Shown here: positions 40,001-52,924 of the stretch, piece after piece
Position numbering within the stretch: the first letter of the stretch is position 1
Layout: each line of letters begins with the position of its first letter
From: Sphagnum compactum
Lineage: Eukaryota
Direction of reading: 5' to 3'
DNA: 64,000 bases
Assembly (NCBI GenBank): GCA_965153455.1
Contig: OZ234493.1
Coordinates: 11,832,213 to 11,896,212 of the forward strand
Position numbers and translations under genes: made by a program
Notes under the pieces: model-generated
What the model was told of the DNA's origin: nothing
Database searches by the model: none
Seen by the model: the letters and a program-made list of their open reading frames with translations, nothing else

Positions 40001-43000
40001 TTTATGACTAGTTTTGAAAATGAAATTTGTTTGATAAACATACAAACAATTAGCTTCAATTTCGTTAAATCTTATTAAAATGAGATTCTTAAAAAAATCG
40101 ATTTGAAAGATTATGCAAGATTTGATTAAAATAAAAACATGTCCATTTAAAAATAAATTAAAAATTTAATACAATATTCGTTTTTGAGATATAAATGTTT
40201 TAAAGTTGATTTGATGTTATTTCAAAAACTTCAATAAGGCTTATTTGCTGAAGATTTAATAATATAAATCATAATATAAATAATTTTTAATTGATTAGTT
40301 AGTTTGTATTGTTGTTGCCTTTTATGTTATATTTGTTATTGCCTTAAGATAGTAGACATGCATATATGATTTTAGGTTTTTCCAAGCATGTATGGGGGGC
40401 AAACACAACTAGTTATGTGTATAAACATGAGTTCTTAAAATTATGAATTCAATATTGAACCATCATGATACATCAACCATAACATATTACACCCATAGGT
40501 GCCCTCGCAACGAGCAATTGTAAGCTTGTTAAGGATGCTTTAATTTGAACGAAATAACATCCTTTATGATTTTTCTTGAGGTGTAAGGTATGCTCTTACA
40601 TATGTGATGTTTTTGGACATGTGTTTTCTATCAACCTAGAACTAGATGCACAAGTATCTAGTTGTATGGATGGCTCGTCAAAAGGTGTGTGCTTTTATGT
40701 TCTATCAACTTGGAACTAATTGCACAAATAGCTAGTTATATGGATGGCTCATTAGGAAATGTGTGTTTTTATGTATAAGGGAAGGTCACAAGTGGAGAGA
40801 GTTCCCTAATTTGATGCCTTGGAGTTGAGGGTGGTAGCCAAAGGACTTTCAAGTTTCAATATGAGAGAGCTTCTTTTGCATAAAGAAACTAGGTTGATTT
40901 TTTTTATCTTTCCAACATTTCCTTTTGCATAAAATTGAAAGCCTACTTGCAAGGCTAATGTGTGATTTTTTCTTGTTGTAATCCATGTGTGTCAACTTTG
41001 TTCTCAATGCAATTTCTATGGTTTTTAAAAATTATTTTTGGTGTTATTCACAAGAATGCATTAGATGCCAATTGCAATTGGCACTTTGGATTTTAATGCC
41101 TTGACACTAATATCAATTAATTGTTACTATTTTGTGGACCTCACACAAACCCAATATTAACCAACATGGGAGATGGTGTGATTCTATCGGTTAGATTGCC
41201 TTCAAGATCATATTTGAGATAACAATTTTAGAGATTTCTTCGCTTTTATGTTGCTTGGGCAACCAACATTTTGAACATCTATTAGTTTTTTTTCTAGTTG
41301 CATTTATCGATGTGTTTTGCCTTCTTTTAATTATGTGATTGGATACATTTATTTCAACATTGATTGCCTAGCAAGAAAGGCAAATGGACATAAAGTTGAA
41401 GCTTTTCATACAAGTTTTTGAAGTGGTAATTTTTCAGTGAAAAGATGATAATGGAGGCAAACGAGGCAAAGGAAGTAATTATTTTCAATTTTTTACCCTG
41501 AAGTCATTAGGGGGTGCAAACATAGTAAAAGGAGCCTTAATGTGTATGGACAATGCTTAAAACTGGATTTTTAAATTTTAAAAAAATCATAATGGGAGCA
41601 CAATAAATTGGACTATCAATTTTTTTTGGAATAATCTCCACTATTTGCAAAGTTTCAATGTTTAAAATTTGATGCAAATTGATGATGTTTCAAGAGTCTT
41701 TTTGCAAGTTCAAAGCATACGTGGACTATATATATATATATATAGTTCAAATGTGTTTTTTCTCTATATCAAGTGTGCACCATTCCTTTTCAAAATTGGA
41801 GATGATATTAGTACTGATAATTAAAGAGAAAAAAAAACTTGAAATTAATGATTTTTTCCCTTTTACAACGCATTTAAATTCCTTTGGCCCAAATCTGCTT
41901 TTGGCCTTAATAATTATGAAATTTGATGATGTCTTTACTAAAAAGGTTATTTATTTTATATGGTAAAGAACATGAATGCATAATATATATGATATAGGAC
42001 CAAGATTTAATAACATATATATATATTTAGCACACAATTGAAAATTGTGTATGAAAAAATGCAAATATAAAATAATAGACCAACACATGAATGCCACATG
42101 TCAAATGCAATCCTTGGAAAAAGATTTAACCTTGGCACCCTTTGCTCTTTTTATTATGTTACACTCTTAGCTAATATAGTGAACTCAAAATTGTTCTTCT
42201 AATTTCAATGACAATTGGTGGGGCACTACTCATGTCTTTAGGGTGCCATAGTGGTGTGCAAGGTGGTAATTTTAGGAAGGTGGATTCTAATTCCTTTTAG
42301 ATTTCAAAAGAATGAGCACACATGAAAGATGGAATTTGTACATGGTTGGCAAGTTATTTTTTGGATTTGTGCATTTGATATTATGAATCACATATAAATG
42401 AATTTTATAATTATATTTTAAGTTTTTACTTGTGTCACGTACATGATAACAATAATGGTTAACTATATTTTCACTATTACATTATTAATAGGATACATTA
42501 TCAAGGATCATTATCAAGCTTAACATTCTTAACCAATCAATTAGTTTGAAATATTTGGTTTATATACAATGTCCATTTGCATTAATTTTAGTTGTTTTTT
42601 CTCTTTGGTTGGAGTTCTCTAATTGTTTTCTGCTTAGGAAAACAATCATTTGAACAAAAAAATGGAAAAAAAGGTTTTCAAATGAAAAAAAGAGGAAAGA
42701 AAAACCTCTCTTGAAGGAAATTCACACAAGGAGATCAATTACATAAGTTTGAAAAATATAGGCGGAATGGAAGTTTACACTTGTACTCCAATATGCAATA
42801 GAATGGGGACGCAACATTAGTTACATCCACATATGAGCAATGTAATAATGTGAATTCATTATTCATTGCCATGAATGTGTTTGTGTTTTAAATCCTTGCT
42901 AATCCCCATGTCCAACTTACTTGCACACCATAATATCGACTCTATGAAATCCCATAGAAGCCATTGGTACATTATTACAAAATGTGGGTGCAGTTCACTA

Positions 43001-45504
43001 GTCCTTATTCAATGGACTAGTGAATTCACTACATCCCCACTAAGTCCTATTCAATGGGACTAATGAATTTATTCAAAATTCAGTGAAAACACTTGGCGTA
43101 CAAGGATACATTTTGTTGTAGTGGTAGTATATACAAACTTATGAAATCAATTTATAACAACAACAAATTATGTCCACACATTAGTTTCATTGATGTACCT
43201 TTAAGTTTGTCAAGTGGTAAGCACAAGGAACTTATGCTTTCACAAATGCATGATTTTACCGATGGAAATGAGGATAATGATGATCCACCTCTTGAAATGA
43301 AAATTGCAAATTCCAACTTCCTTCAATGTTGTAGTAAGTAAGTGGAAGCCTCAATTTACTAAAATTCAATGTTGCATAAATTGTTATATTCTTTCCATCC
43401 TTCCCTTTGTATGTTTGTTGAATTGTTTTTTTTGTTTTACTTGATGGAGTAGCTTAGGGTTGTAGTCCATCATTGACAACATACCCAAAAGTTCACCATT
43501 CTCCCCATACCTCTTCCCTTGGGTAGAAAGAAATTATGTAACCCATTGAGTTAGACTTTCAAATGACTTCTTCCAATACCATTGTGATCTAAAATGAACA
43601 AAAAGGTGAAAATGTAAAAAGGGATCAATCGAACTACCCTAATTTAATGCCTGATGTGAGGTGTTGATCATTCACTAGTATGGTGATTATGTCTTCAAGT
43701 AATTGGTAGTTTGTTTGTTTTGTTTTTTGTGTGTAGGTGTCTACATTCGTGGAGGCAGAGGAATTGTGGGCACTCAGTCTGTTTGTTCTATTGATAAGTT
43801 CACATGTTTATCTTCTTTGTTGTTTGTTTTTCAAAATGGATTGAAGAGCTTTGTGATGGATTGGTTTGATGGATTCTATGATGGTAGGAAAATGTTGAAG
43901 TTTGGACTATAAGGAGTGAAAGTTTGCTCAAGCTTGATACTTTAGTAGTTTTGAAGAAAAGTTAATTCTTTTGTTCACGTTGAATGCATGTGTTGAAGTT
44001 TAGTGTGGGTAGGTAAGGTAATTTCTATTTTTGTTGTGGTTGGGGAAGAATCCCCCATTATAGATATCAATAGTTTTTTCTTAAATCATTTTATTTCGTT
44101 GCACTATGAGCTTTAAAGGAGAAGATACAAGATTAAAAGTAAATTGTAGGGACCAATTCAAGGAATATGATGAAAGAATCTAAGGGTTTTATGGGTGGTC
44201 TAAGTGGCATGTTCAATTGTGTTTGGGCATTGGGAATCTCTGAAGTTAACAATTAGATCATTTATTGTTAGAAAAGAGGACTTACATTGTTGTGGGAACT
44301 CTGGAAGGAAAGTGGGATATTGAGGACAAATTTGGGTTGAATGGGAAGAACTTGTATGTGTTATTTTTGTCCAATTGAGTTTTACTCCTTTGTCCAACTT
44401 CCAAACTTGAATGACGTGGTGGGTGGGAATATAACTATCATTGTCCTTACATATAGTAAGTGTTAGGAAATTGTTTTGTTACGTTCGAACTGCCACAAAG
44501 AGGACCAATTGGCTTTTGAAAGAGAAACCAAAGAACTTTGATTCCTTGACATCCATAGAATATAATTATTTTAGTGTTCAAGTCTTAGGAAGATGGTGTA
44601 GATGGGCTTTTTATTTTGATAAATCCCATTTGTCTTCTAGAAGTTCCAGTAAGCAAACTTTTGCCAATTGAGTTGTATCATGGTGTTCATGGACCAATAA
44701 CCTTCTCTTTTGGCTACACCATGTATTTTAAAAAGCAAAATATGTGTTCTTGCATGCATAATTTGCATGTTGTTAAGGTTTTTGTGGACTTGGAGGCCTC
44801 TATGTTATGTGAGAGATTTCATATGGAAGAAGATCAATAGGCATAAGTGCATGGTGATGATTTGTCTAGTAGGTGATGTTGATGAAATCATTCTTTTAAA
44901 AAATATGAAATAATTCTTTGTTTTCCTTTGCCCATAGCCTTGAATCTAACAAAGTTGAATGTTTTAGATTTTGAATATCTCTTTTGTTTACTTGTTTATT
45001 TTTGAAACAATTTTATGTTGTGTGTACTAAGAACATCATGTTTTCCATATCAATTTAGTGCATATTATAAGGAACCAAAATGGAAGAAATGAGATCAAGA
45101 GATTTGTCATCAATGCTTCATTCATCTATTTACATTCATCCACCATTCATCCTTGTACAAGCTTATATTATTGCTTTTGATTACGAACATAATATTCCTT
45201 GTTCACCACTCACACACTAACATTCCCCCTGTTGCTCTTCTTGTGTATTTTATACACCTTGTGTAGAAATGGACATCATCAATTCTAAAAGAACTCATTT
45301 GAAGGTATTTGTGTAATTTTGATAAGTGATTCTAAAATCAACCAATGGCACTTTGCTATGCTCATTCCATTGCACTATGTAGCATAGAATATCATCATTG
45401 TTCTCCGTAAAGGCTACCAAAGGCTAAGAATCATTCAAAAATTCATCTTGAGGTTTTGCATACCCATTTACTATTGTAATGGCACTATAATTTGTACTAA
45501 TTGT

Positions 45505-46140
45505 TTTTTTGGTGAATTTTTTAATGTAGCCAAAGTGGCAATCATAGATAAGAAGTTGCATAAAAAGTGACAATCATCCTTAAAAAGATTTAGCCAAAAT
45601 TGGCTATAAACCAAATATGAAATATAAATTTTTAATCATCGTTTTTTCTATTTTTGATTACACTATGAAAACCAAATATAGAAATCTAGCAATTTTTACG
45701 ATTTTGTTTGTCACTTGTGTTGATTGGAAAACCTCCAAAATTATTTCATTCTTGAATTTTTGATTTATAATTTCATTTTTTTGGTGAATTTTGCCAAGGA
45801 AAAAAAAAGGGTTGGTTTGTATTGGTGTTGGTATAGCACATGGGGAATGGCTTGGTAAGCATAGGCATTTGTGCTAGTATCAAGGAAACTATTAGGCTGG
45901 TATGACAATATCAACATTATACATATCGCCTTAAATCCAATGAATGGAAACCTTGCCTCCACATCCATTTTAATTTTTTGGCCAATATTGTGATGTAGCC
46001 AAAGTGGTGATCATTGAAGAAAAGATTTAGCCAAAGTTGGCGATATACCAAATATGAAACTTAAAAAATTCTAAAGATCCCTCTATATTCTTGGCTACCT
46101 ACTAGAACTTATCATAAAAAAATCTTCTAATTTGGATTTT
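45505..46140 (+). mobile_element. Two copies of a short non-autonomous interspersed repeat; related copy near 50440-50650
   Basis: gtagccaaagtgg..atcat...aagatttagccaaa.ttgg...ccaaatatgaa at about 45526 and 45995. Confidence 0.6.
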
Positions 46141-46249
46141 ATTTTCTTCTGTACACTACTTATGCACACTGCACCACCAAGCTTTAAGGCAAAGCAATCA
46201 ATAATAATGTCATCAGGATATCAATAATAAAGGATAAATATGTCTCAAG

Positions 46250-46445
46250 GGTTCCCATTAAACCCTATCAACATGTTCCCCATTAAACCCAACATGTTCC
46301 CAATGTTGTTCTCAAGGATGTTAACTTGATGGGAACACAACAAGAACTTCATGGGAACACATTGGGAACGACAAACCATGATAGGGTTCGACATACGTTC
46401 CCATTAAACCCCAAAATGTTCCCAATGGGTTCCCAATAGCTCCTC
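46250..46445. repeat. GTTCCC/GGGAAC motif array in both orientations (MITE-like)
   Basis: gttcccattaaacc x3, atgttcccaatg x2, inverted gggaacac copies. Confidence 0.55.
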
Positions 46446-47714
46446 ACTCTATCCCATATCCTTTGCCCTAAGTTCTACTCTTGTAACCTATATCACCAAC
46501 CCCACGGAGGAGATTCGAACATATCTATTTTTCAACTCTTCAAAGCTTGATTTTGTAAATTTTTTTTTTGTGATAGGCCAATCAAAGATGCCCATCACAA
46601 AAGAAAAATAAAATTGAACGTTGGCATCCTCACAATTAATTAATATGAGTCACAATATGGTACCATGTTTGTATGATTCTCACATAAAGAATCATAAAGG
46701 ATGGATGATAAGTAGTAGTCGGGAAACAGTTTTCTGTTGGGTTCCCGTTCCCTAGCTAACCACGGTGGTTAGCTCACTTGCCGTTTTCACTGCCTACCTA
46801 CTAGCAACATGCAAGCCGGGAGTTAGAAGGTAGGTAGTAAAAACAGCCCATACCAATGTAAAAACCATCTACTTACTTGATAATTACCTTAATTTCCTAC
46901 CTACCTACCTATATATAGGACCTATTTCTTTACAGAATGGGTTACCAAGATGAAACCGGATATGGATGAACCACACTAAGATCTAATTCATCTAAAATTT
47001 TCATCCAAAATCTATCTAAATTGGTTTCAAAATGTTATAGAGTATGCCATGCTTAGATTTGACCGCAAGTTTTTTAGAGTTTTTCAAAAAAAAATCACCA
47101 AGAAAATTCATTATGTAATAAAGAGACGCAAGGTGCCCTAATCGACAATTTTATAGAAGGTTATTTGTAATTTATCTGCTTCTTATATTTTTTTGAGAGT
47201 TATGGTTATATATCCAAATAGATTTTGTGAGAATCACAAATTGATATATCATAACCATTTTGTTGATTTTTGAGGAACATGGTTATATATATATATATAT
47301 ATAAGAAAACCACTCTGAGAATTCAAGTGACTTGTGCTCTTCCCACTTGTCTTGTTAATGCTCTAAATATATAAAATACAAATGTTAAGCTTTTATTATT
47401 GGGCCCATATGCCCTTGGTCCAAGATATTAAACCTCTTGTAAGGTCATTCACCCCAACAATATTTCAGTCTAAATGGGCTTAATTTTATAGACTTTCTCA
47501 TGGAACCAAAACCCCCAATTGTGAAAAAAAAAAAATGATTTTTTAAAATTTTAAAAATTACTTCCAATGACTAAAATAAGTCTAAATTCAATAACTTTGC
47601 TTTGTTAGACTGAAAACATTGTGAATCAACAAGCATGAAGAATTATGGAAACTCAAATATTTCACCATGCAAAAATATAATCTTCAAAAAATCTTCCAAA
47701 AAAAAAAAAACACA

Positions 47715-50200
47715 AAACCAAAATCCTTCAAGATATTATAACTCCATAACTAATCTCAAGTTTCAACACAAGCCAAAATACCATGTTTCAAAAATCCTCA
47801 TATAAAAATAGACCTATTATTATTATTATTATCATTACCTAGGGGCCCATAAAAAATCCCTTAAGCTACTATACTCTATAATGAATCTAAACACAATATC
47901 CTTCTTGCCTTGGTAGGCAAGGCCAATAAACTAGAAATTTGGATGAAATTTTTTCATGAATTGTTTATGAACATGTTCATTATCTTGGATGAAAGAAAAA
48001 TGTGTTAGATGAATATTAATTATTATTTTTCATCCAAGAAAATGAAATGAAAAACCCATTTTTCATTCTACACATAGAAACACACTCCTCAACATTCATT
48101 CCTCAAAGCATGTGACCAAAATGAAAAAACTACATTGGAGCCTCTCCTCCCTCACAAAAAAGCAAGAGCCAATAAATGAGGGCTCACAATTAGGTTATTC
48201 AATGTGAAGCTCAGTAAGTAAATAAATGATATATATATATACCCAGGTTCACAATTTACTCTTTATTGTTAGTATTCTATTCCCTCCATAAATGGACAGA
48301 ATTTTCCAAGTTTTAAATGGTTATTGAAGATGGGGAAGCAGCCTGGGAATTGAATTAAAAAATATATATATATATGTGTTTTTTGGGTCCTTGGAAAGCA
48401 GTTTTTAAATTTTTTTAATGTAATAATTTTTAATTAAATAATTAAAAATAAAATTAAAAATTAATCTTTTTTGATTTTGGTCCTGCCTATGCATGTTTGG
48501 TTCATGATAAATTTTGCCTTGTGCTTTATTATAGGTAAAAAGCTCATGGGTATAGGGGACATTTGCAAAATGTAGAGCTGAACTTGGCTATCGCCCCCCT
48601 TGTCCTAGGCCCCTTATTTTAAGAACGCCCCCACCCTAGGGCTTTACCCTACACATAAGTTCCCTCCCATTCTTAAAGGAGTAAGTAGTAGGCATCCAAC
48701 CCTCCCCTCCCTACACTTGATGATGTACCGGAATACAATGGATGAATGGTACCCTAAACCAAATACAAAAGCACAACACTACAGCCGAGGGGAGAAACGA
48801 CACAACCGCAAATAAGCTAATCAAACTTGGGAAGAATTTGGATGACATACATTTCACTATTAAAAATTCAATCCGTTGAATAAAAACCGCACATCAAATT
48901 AGGGTCTATCTTCTCTTCACGAGAGACCCCAAAATTTGATGACATTGTAGGGTAATTTTTAAAACTCCCTTAAAAAAATAGTCGCCAGATAATTCCCATA
49001 ATTGGCCTCCACTTTTGCCAGATTTACACAATAATTCTCCTTTTGTCTTTTTAGGTTCCTAAGTATGTACATTGTCACACCATTAAGGCAACTTGTCAGA
49101 ATCCTTTCTAGAAAAAAAAAAAAAAAAAACCCTAGCCCATATTAGACCTGAAAAAGTATAATTTGTAAGTTGGGGGAATGCAGGTACACTGAGTTTGAGC
49201 CTCACTAAACCCTAAACCCTAAACCCTCCATCATTCACAACTTTTGTATTGTGATGTGCTGCCCAATGAAAGATGCTGGGCATCACTAAATAAATAAATA
49301 AATAAATAAATAAATTTGAGGGTCTTTCACAGCTAATGAATATAAGTCACACATTTTTTAAAAATTTAAAAATAATAATAAAATTATATATATATAGAGA
49401 TATATATATAACTTTAAGGGGCATTAAATGCTCAACAGAGATCAAATACTCCAGTAATAATAATAAATTCATAGCAACAGAAAGCCCTGGGTTAAATTTA
49501 GTGCCAGGGCTCCTGACAAATTCTTCTTTTTCCTGCTGTTTTGGGAATCATTATTTTGCTTATTTATAATAAATGATATATTGTGCCTTTTTTTTCCCTA
49601 TCATTTTGTAGGATGCTTTGTTCAATAAAAATTTGTGAAGTTAATTAAAAAAAAAGGGGAATTTCACTTGGTAGCTTTATATTACCCTAGTTTGAAGGGC
49701 TAGTCATATAGTAGTGATAAAGATTTTTAAAAATATTTATTATTATTGTTGTTGTTATTATTATTATTATTATTATTAGTTGTTGTTGTTTTTTTTTTTT
49801 TTTCCCCTATGGAGCAATAAATTGCAAAATTGATGAGACTGCAAAGGAATGAATCCCATGCAAATTGATGATGTTGCAGACAAAAGAAAACTGGTGCTAC
49901 CTCCCTCATAGTCATTAATGCATTTGGGGAGGGGCTTGAGGCAACAAGCTAGCTAGTAATGCAAGTTTTTTAAGGCCCCAAATTTTCCTAAGTGTATTTG
50001 GATGGCACCTTATATGATGGCACCATGCAAAAAGATAAAATCTTTCAAAAATTCTCTAAAAGAAACCAAAATCCTTGAAGATAATTATTAACTCTATTAT
50101 AACTAATCTCAAGTTTCAACACAAGCTAAAATATCATTTTTCAAAAATCTTCATATAAAAATAGACCTATTATTATTTATTACCTTGGGGCCTATAAAAT
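47715..50200 (+). repeat. Dispersed direct repeat pair of about 140 bp (47715-47855 and 50063-50200)
   Basis: aaaccaaaatcctt.aagat...ataactaatctcaagtttcaacacaagc.aaaata...catataaaaatagacctattatt...acct.ggggcc.ataaaa in both. Confidence 0.8.
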
Positions 50201-51011
50201 GCCTATTCCTCAAAAGAAGTAGGCAAGAGAAGTAGGATTAAGATCCGTCTCACTTTTGAGGAGTAGGCATAAGAACCCTCCGGGCCCTTCTGATGTCTCA
50301 TGATCAAGGAAACTTGAATTGCAAATAATTTTTTTTAGATTTTATTTATCCGGCTGAAGTTGAGAATAATATGTATGCAGTTGCAATTTTGAATTTGGGT
50401 GTTTTTTTTAAATTTTTCCCCCCCTCCCCCCTTCAATTTTCTGTTGTAGCCATAATAGCCATCATCTACAACAGGAATTAACCAAATTTGGCTACAGGTC
50501 AAAGAGGAAAATAGAAGATTTTGAGAATCTGGCTATTATGTTTTGGCAAACCTTGTTGGAACCTTTTGTCAAAATACGACGATTTTTTCACAAAAATCTT
50601 GGTATGAGTTGCATTGGATTTTTTTTGGTCACTGCTATGCAAAAATTCACCCCCAAATTTTTTTAAATAAAATAAAAAATAAAATAATTCATAATAATAA
50701 TGATGATAATGATAATATTATTTTTAAATTTTTTTTAAAAAAAATTGCACTGGGTTCTGTTAGTTTTCATTAATGTAAAGATTTCTGTTACACTAGTAGT
50801 TATTAGTGTTCTCCACCATGATCATCAAATTGCTGCAAAAAGGCCTTTGGTGTTAGTTGTTGTCACAAGCTTCAAATCCAAGCTTTTGTTTGTGTTCCAT
50901 GCTCATCATTCATTCATTTGCTGCAAAGCTTTTTGTGTTCATCTGGAAACCAGCCAGAGTCACACAGACACACAGAGAAATGACAAAAAAGAGAGGGAGT
51001 TTAAAGCCCAG

Positions 51012-52510
51012 CCAGTGTTGTGCCAGTTATATTTGAACTTGGTAAAGAACCGCCGGTTCCTTTTCTCACGGTTTCATTCATAATCAGGGAACCACCCACC
51101 CCCGGTCTGCCTGTTTTGGAAACCCTTTAAAAAACCAGCGGTTCTTTGGGGACGGTTTTTTTCCCTCTTTTTGGGGGGAGGGGGGGGGGGGAATTTAGAG
51201 AACCTGTGGTTGTATAATAATATCATAACCGAATTTTTTTCTATTTTTGAATTGCTCTTATGAGTTCCTAAGAACCGTCTTGATAACCACCGGGGGTCTT
51301 CCCAGTGGTGGGCATGCAGGGCAGTCGTTAGTAGATCCTTTTTAGGATTCATTGCATGGTTCTCAAAACATGTTTAAAAATCAACTAACCGCCTCAAGCA
51401 CCCAACGTTGCCGGTTCTGCAGCGGTTCTTGGATGAGAACCGTTGGTTCTTTTGAGGAGGTTGCAAACAATGGGCCAGCTGTTGCTTGGATGAGAACCGT
51501 TGGTTCTTTTGAGGGGGTTGCAAACAATGGGCCAGCTGTTGCTTGGATGAGAACCGTTGGTTCTTTTGAGGGGGTTGCAAACAATGGGCCAGCTGTTGCT
51601 TGGATGAGAACCGTTGGTTCTTTTGAGGGGGTTGCAAACAATGGGGGACTGTCGGTTCTTTGATTCGGATGTTTCCAGAGAACTGGAACCGGAGGTTCTC
51701 TGCTTCCGAACTTTCAGCGTTGGAACCGGAGGTTCTCTAATTCTGAGCTATCGGAAAATCTGAGTCCGAAATATTTTTAAAAAACTGGAACTTGTGGTAC
51801 TCTGAGTCTGGGCCAGGGTCAGGAAAACAAAACCCAGAACCGGCAGTTCTCTGGTTGTGAACTATTATTTCTGAAAGAAAAAAGCCAGAACAACAGATGG
51901 TTCTTTATAAATTGAAATAACCGCAGAACACCGGTCGGGTCTCTCTGCTCACGTTTCCGATAACCTGCTGTTAGAGAACCTCCGGTTCCGGTTCCACACA
52001 TGCAATCAAACCTTGAATCTGGTTGTTCTCGGTTCTGGTGTTCCAGTTCTAAAACTCAGACCCAATTCCAGTTTGGTTTTCACTAACCGGGACCAGTGGG
52101 TTTAACATGCCAAACTGGGTAGTAGTCGCCCAAGACTGGTCGACTATTGAGTTTTGACCTGGTTATCAGGCAGGTAGGTTATCAATCTGAAAATATTAGG
52201 AAAAAATTAATCACAAAAAACACCTATATATATATCTATATAATTAATTAATAAAGAAAATCCTATTAACCAGCTAATAACTGGCAGGATAACCATTGAT
52301 TATCACCTGGTTATTTGATTAACCCACCCTTTATGGATAACTGGTGGTTATGAGCCCAAATATATCAGTAACCGAATTGGCGCCCAAGCCTTTTTGGCCA
52401 TTGATTACTTGATTACGTAACCGGGAAACCCCCCCCCGGGGCAAATTATTGTATTAAAATACCCGGAGGTTATATTTTTGGGGCAAAATTAAATAACCGG
52501 CCAGCACTGG
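51012..52510. mobile_element. Non-autonomous TIR element(s), hAT-like ends, rich in AACC/GGTT motifs
   Basis: Left end CCAGTGTTGTGCCAGTTAT; right end reverse complement CCAGTGCTGGCCGGTTAT; an additional end-like CAAGACTGG near 52131-52139; dense gaaccgg/ggttct motifs; no TSD seen. Confidence 0.55.
51429..51645 (+). repeat. 57-bp tandem repeat, about 3.8 near-identical copies
   Basis: ttggatgagaaccgttggttcttttgagggggttgcaaacaatgggccagctgttgc starts at 51429, 51486, 51543 and 51600. Confidence 0.95.
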
Positions 52511-52924
52511 TTTTAAACCGGAATCCAGTCGCAGAGATACAGACAGCTAGACACACAGTGCAGTGTTGGCACGCGCGCGCGGAGTTGTATTGAATTGGAA
52601 GAAACTACTGCAACAACAACGACAACAAGCAGCGGTGCCATGGGCGATCGACGGCGTGATCGAGAGAAAAAGTGGGAGAGATGATGATGGGATCCCAACA
52701 AGAGAGTGAGCAAAAAGAGAGAATGGGTTGTTGAGAGATCACGCACCAGAATGTTGGTGAATGTGATAAGATTGAAAAGAATTGGCCAGTTGCTTAGTTT
52801 TTTCTCCTTGAAACAACAGCAGCACGTAGTGCGGTTGTTCCTTGTCCTGGATTGCGAGTAGAGATGCAGTAAGGGATACAATAGCTAGCAGGAGTGAAGA
52901 AGAACAAGAACAAGAAGGTGGGCA

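Noticed and set aside
49205-49228. Telomere-like (TAAACCC)3
   Set aside because: Only three units; a common interstitial telobox, not a chromosome end or fusion.
51429-51645. CRISPR-like array or repeat protein
   Set aside because: Units are contiguous with no unique spacers, the context is eukaryotic and no cas genes are present; ORFs on both strands arise because 57 is divisible by 3.
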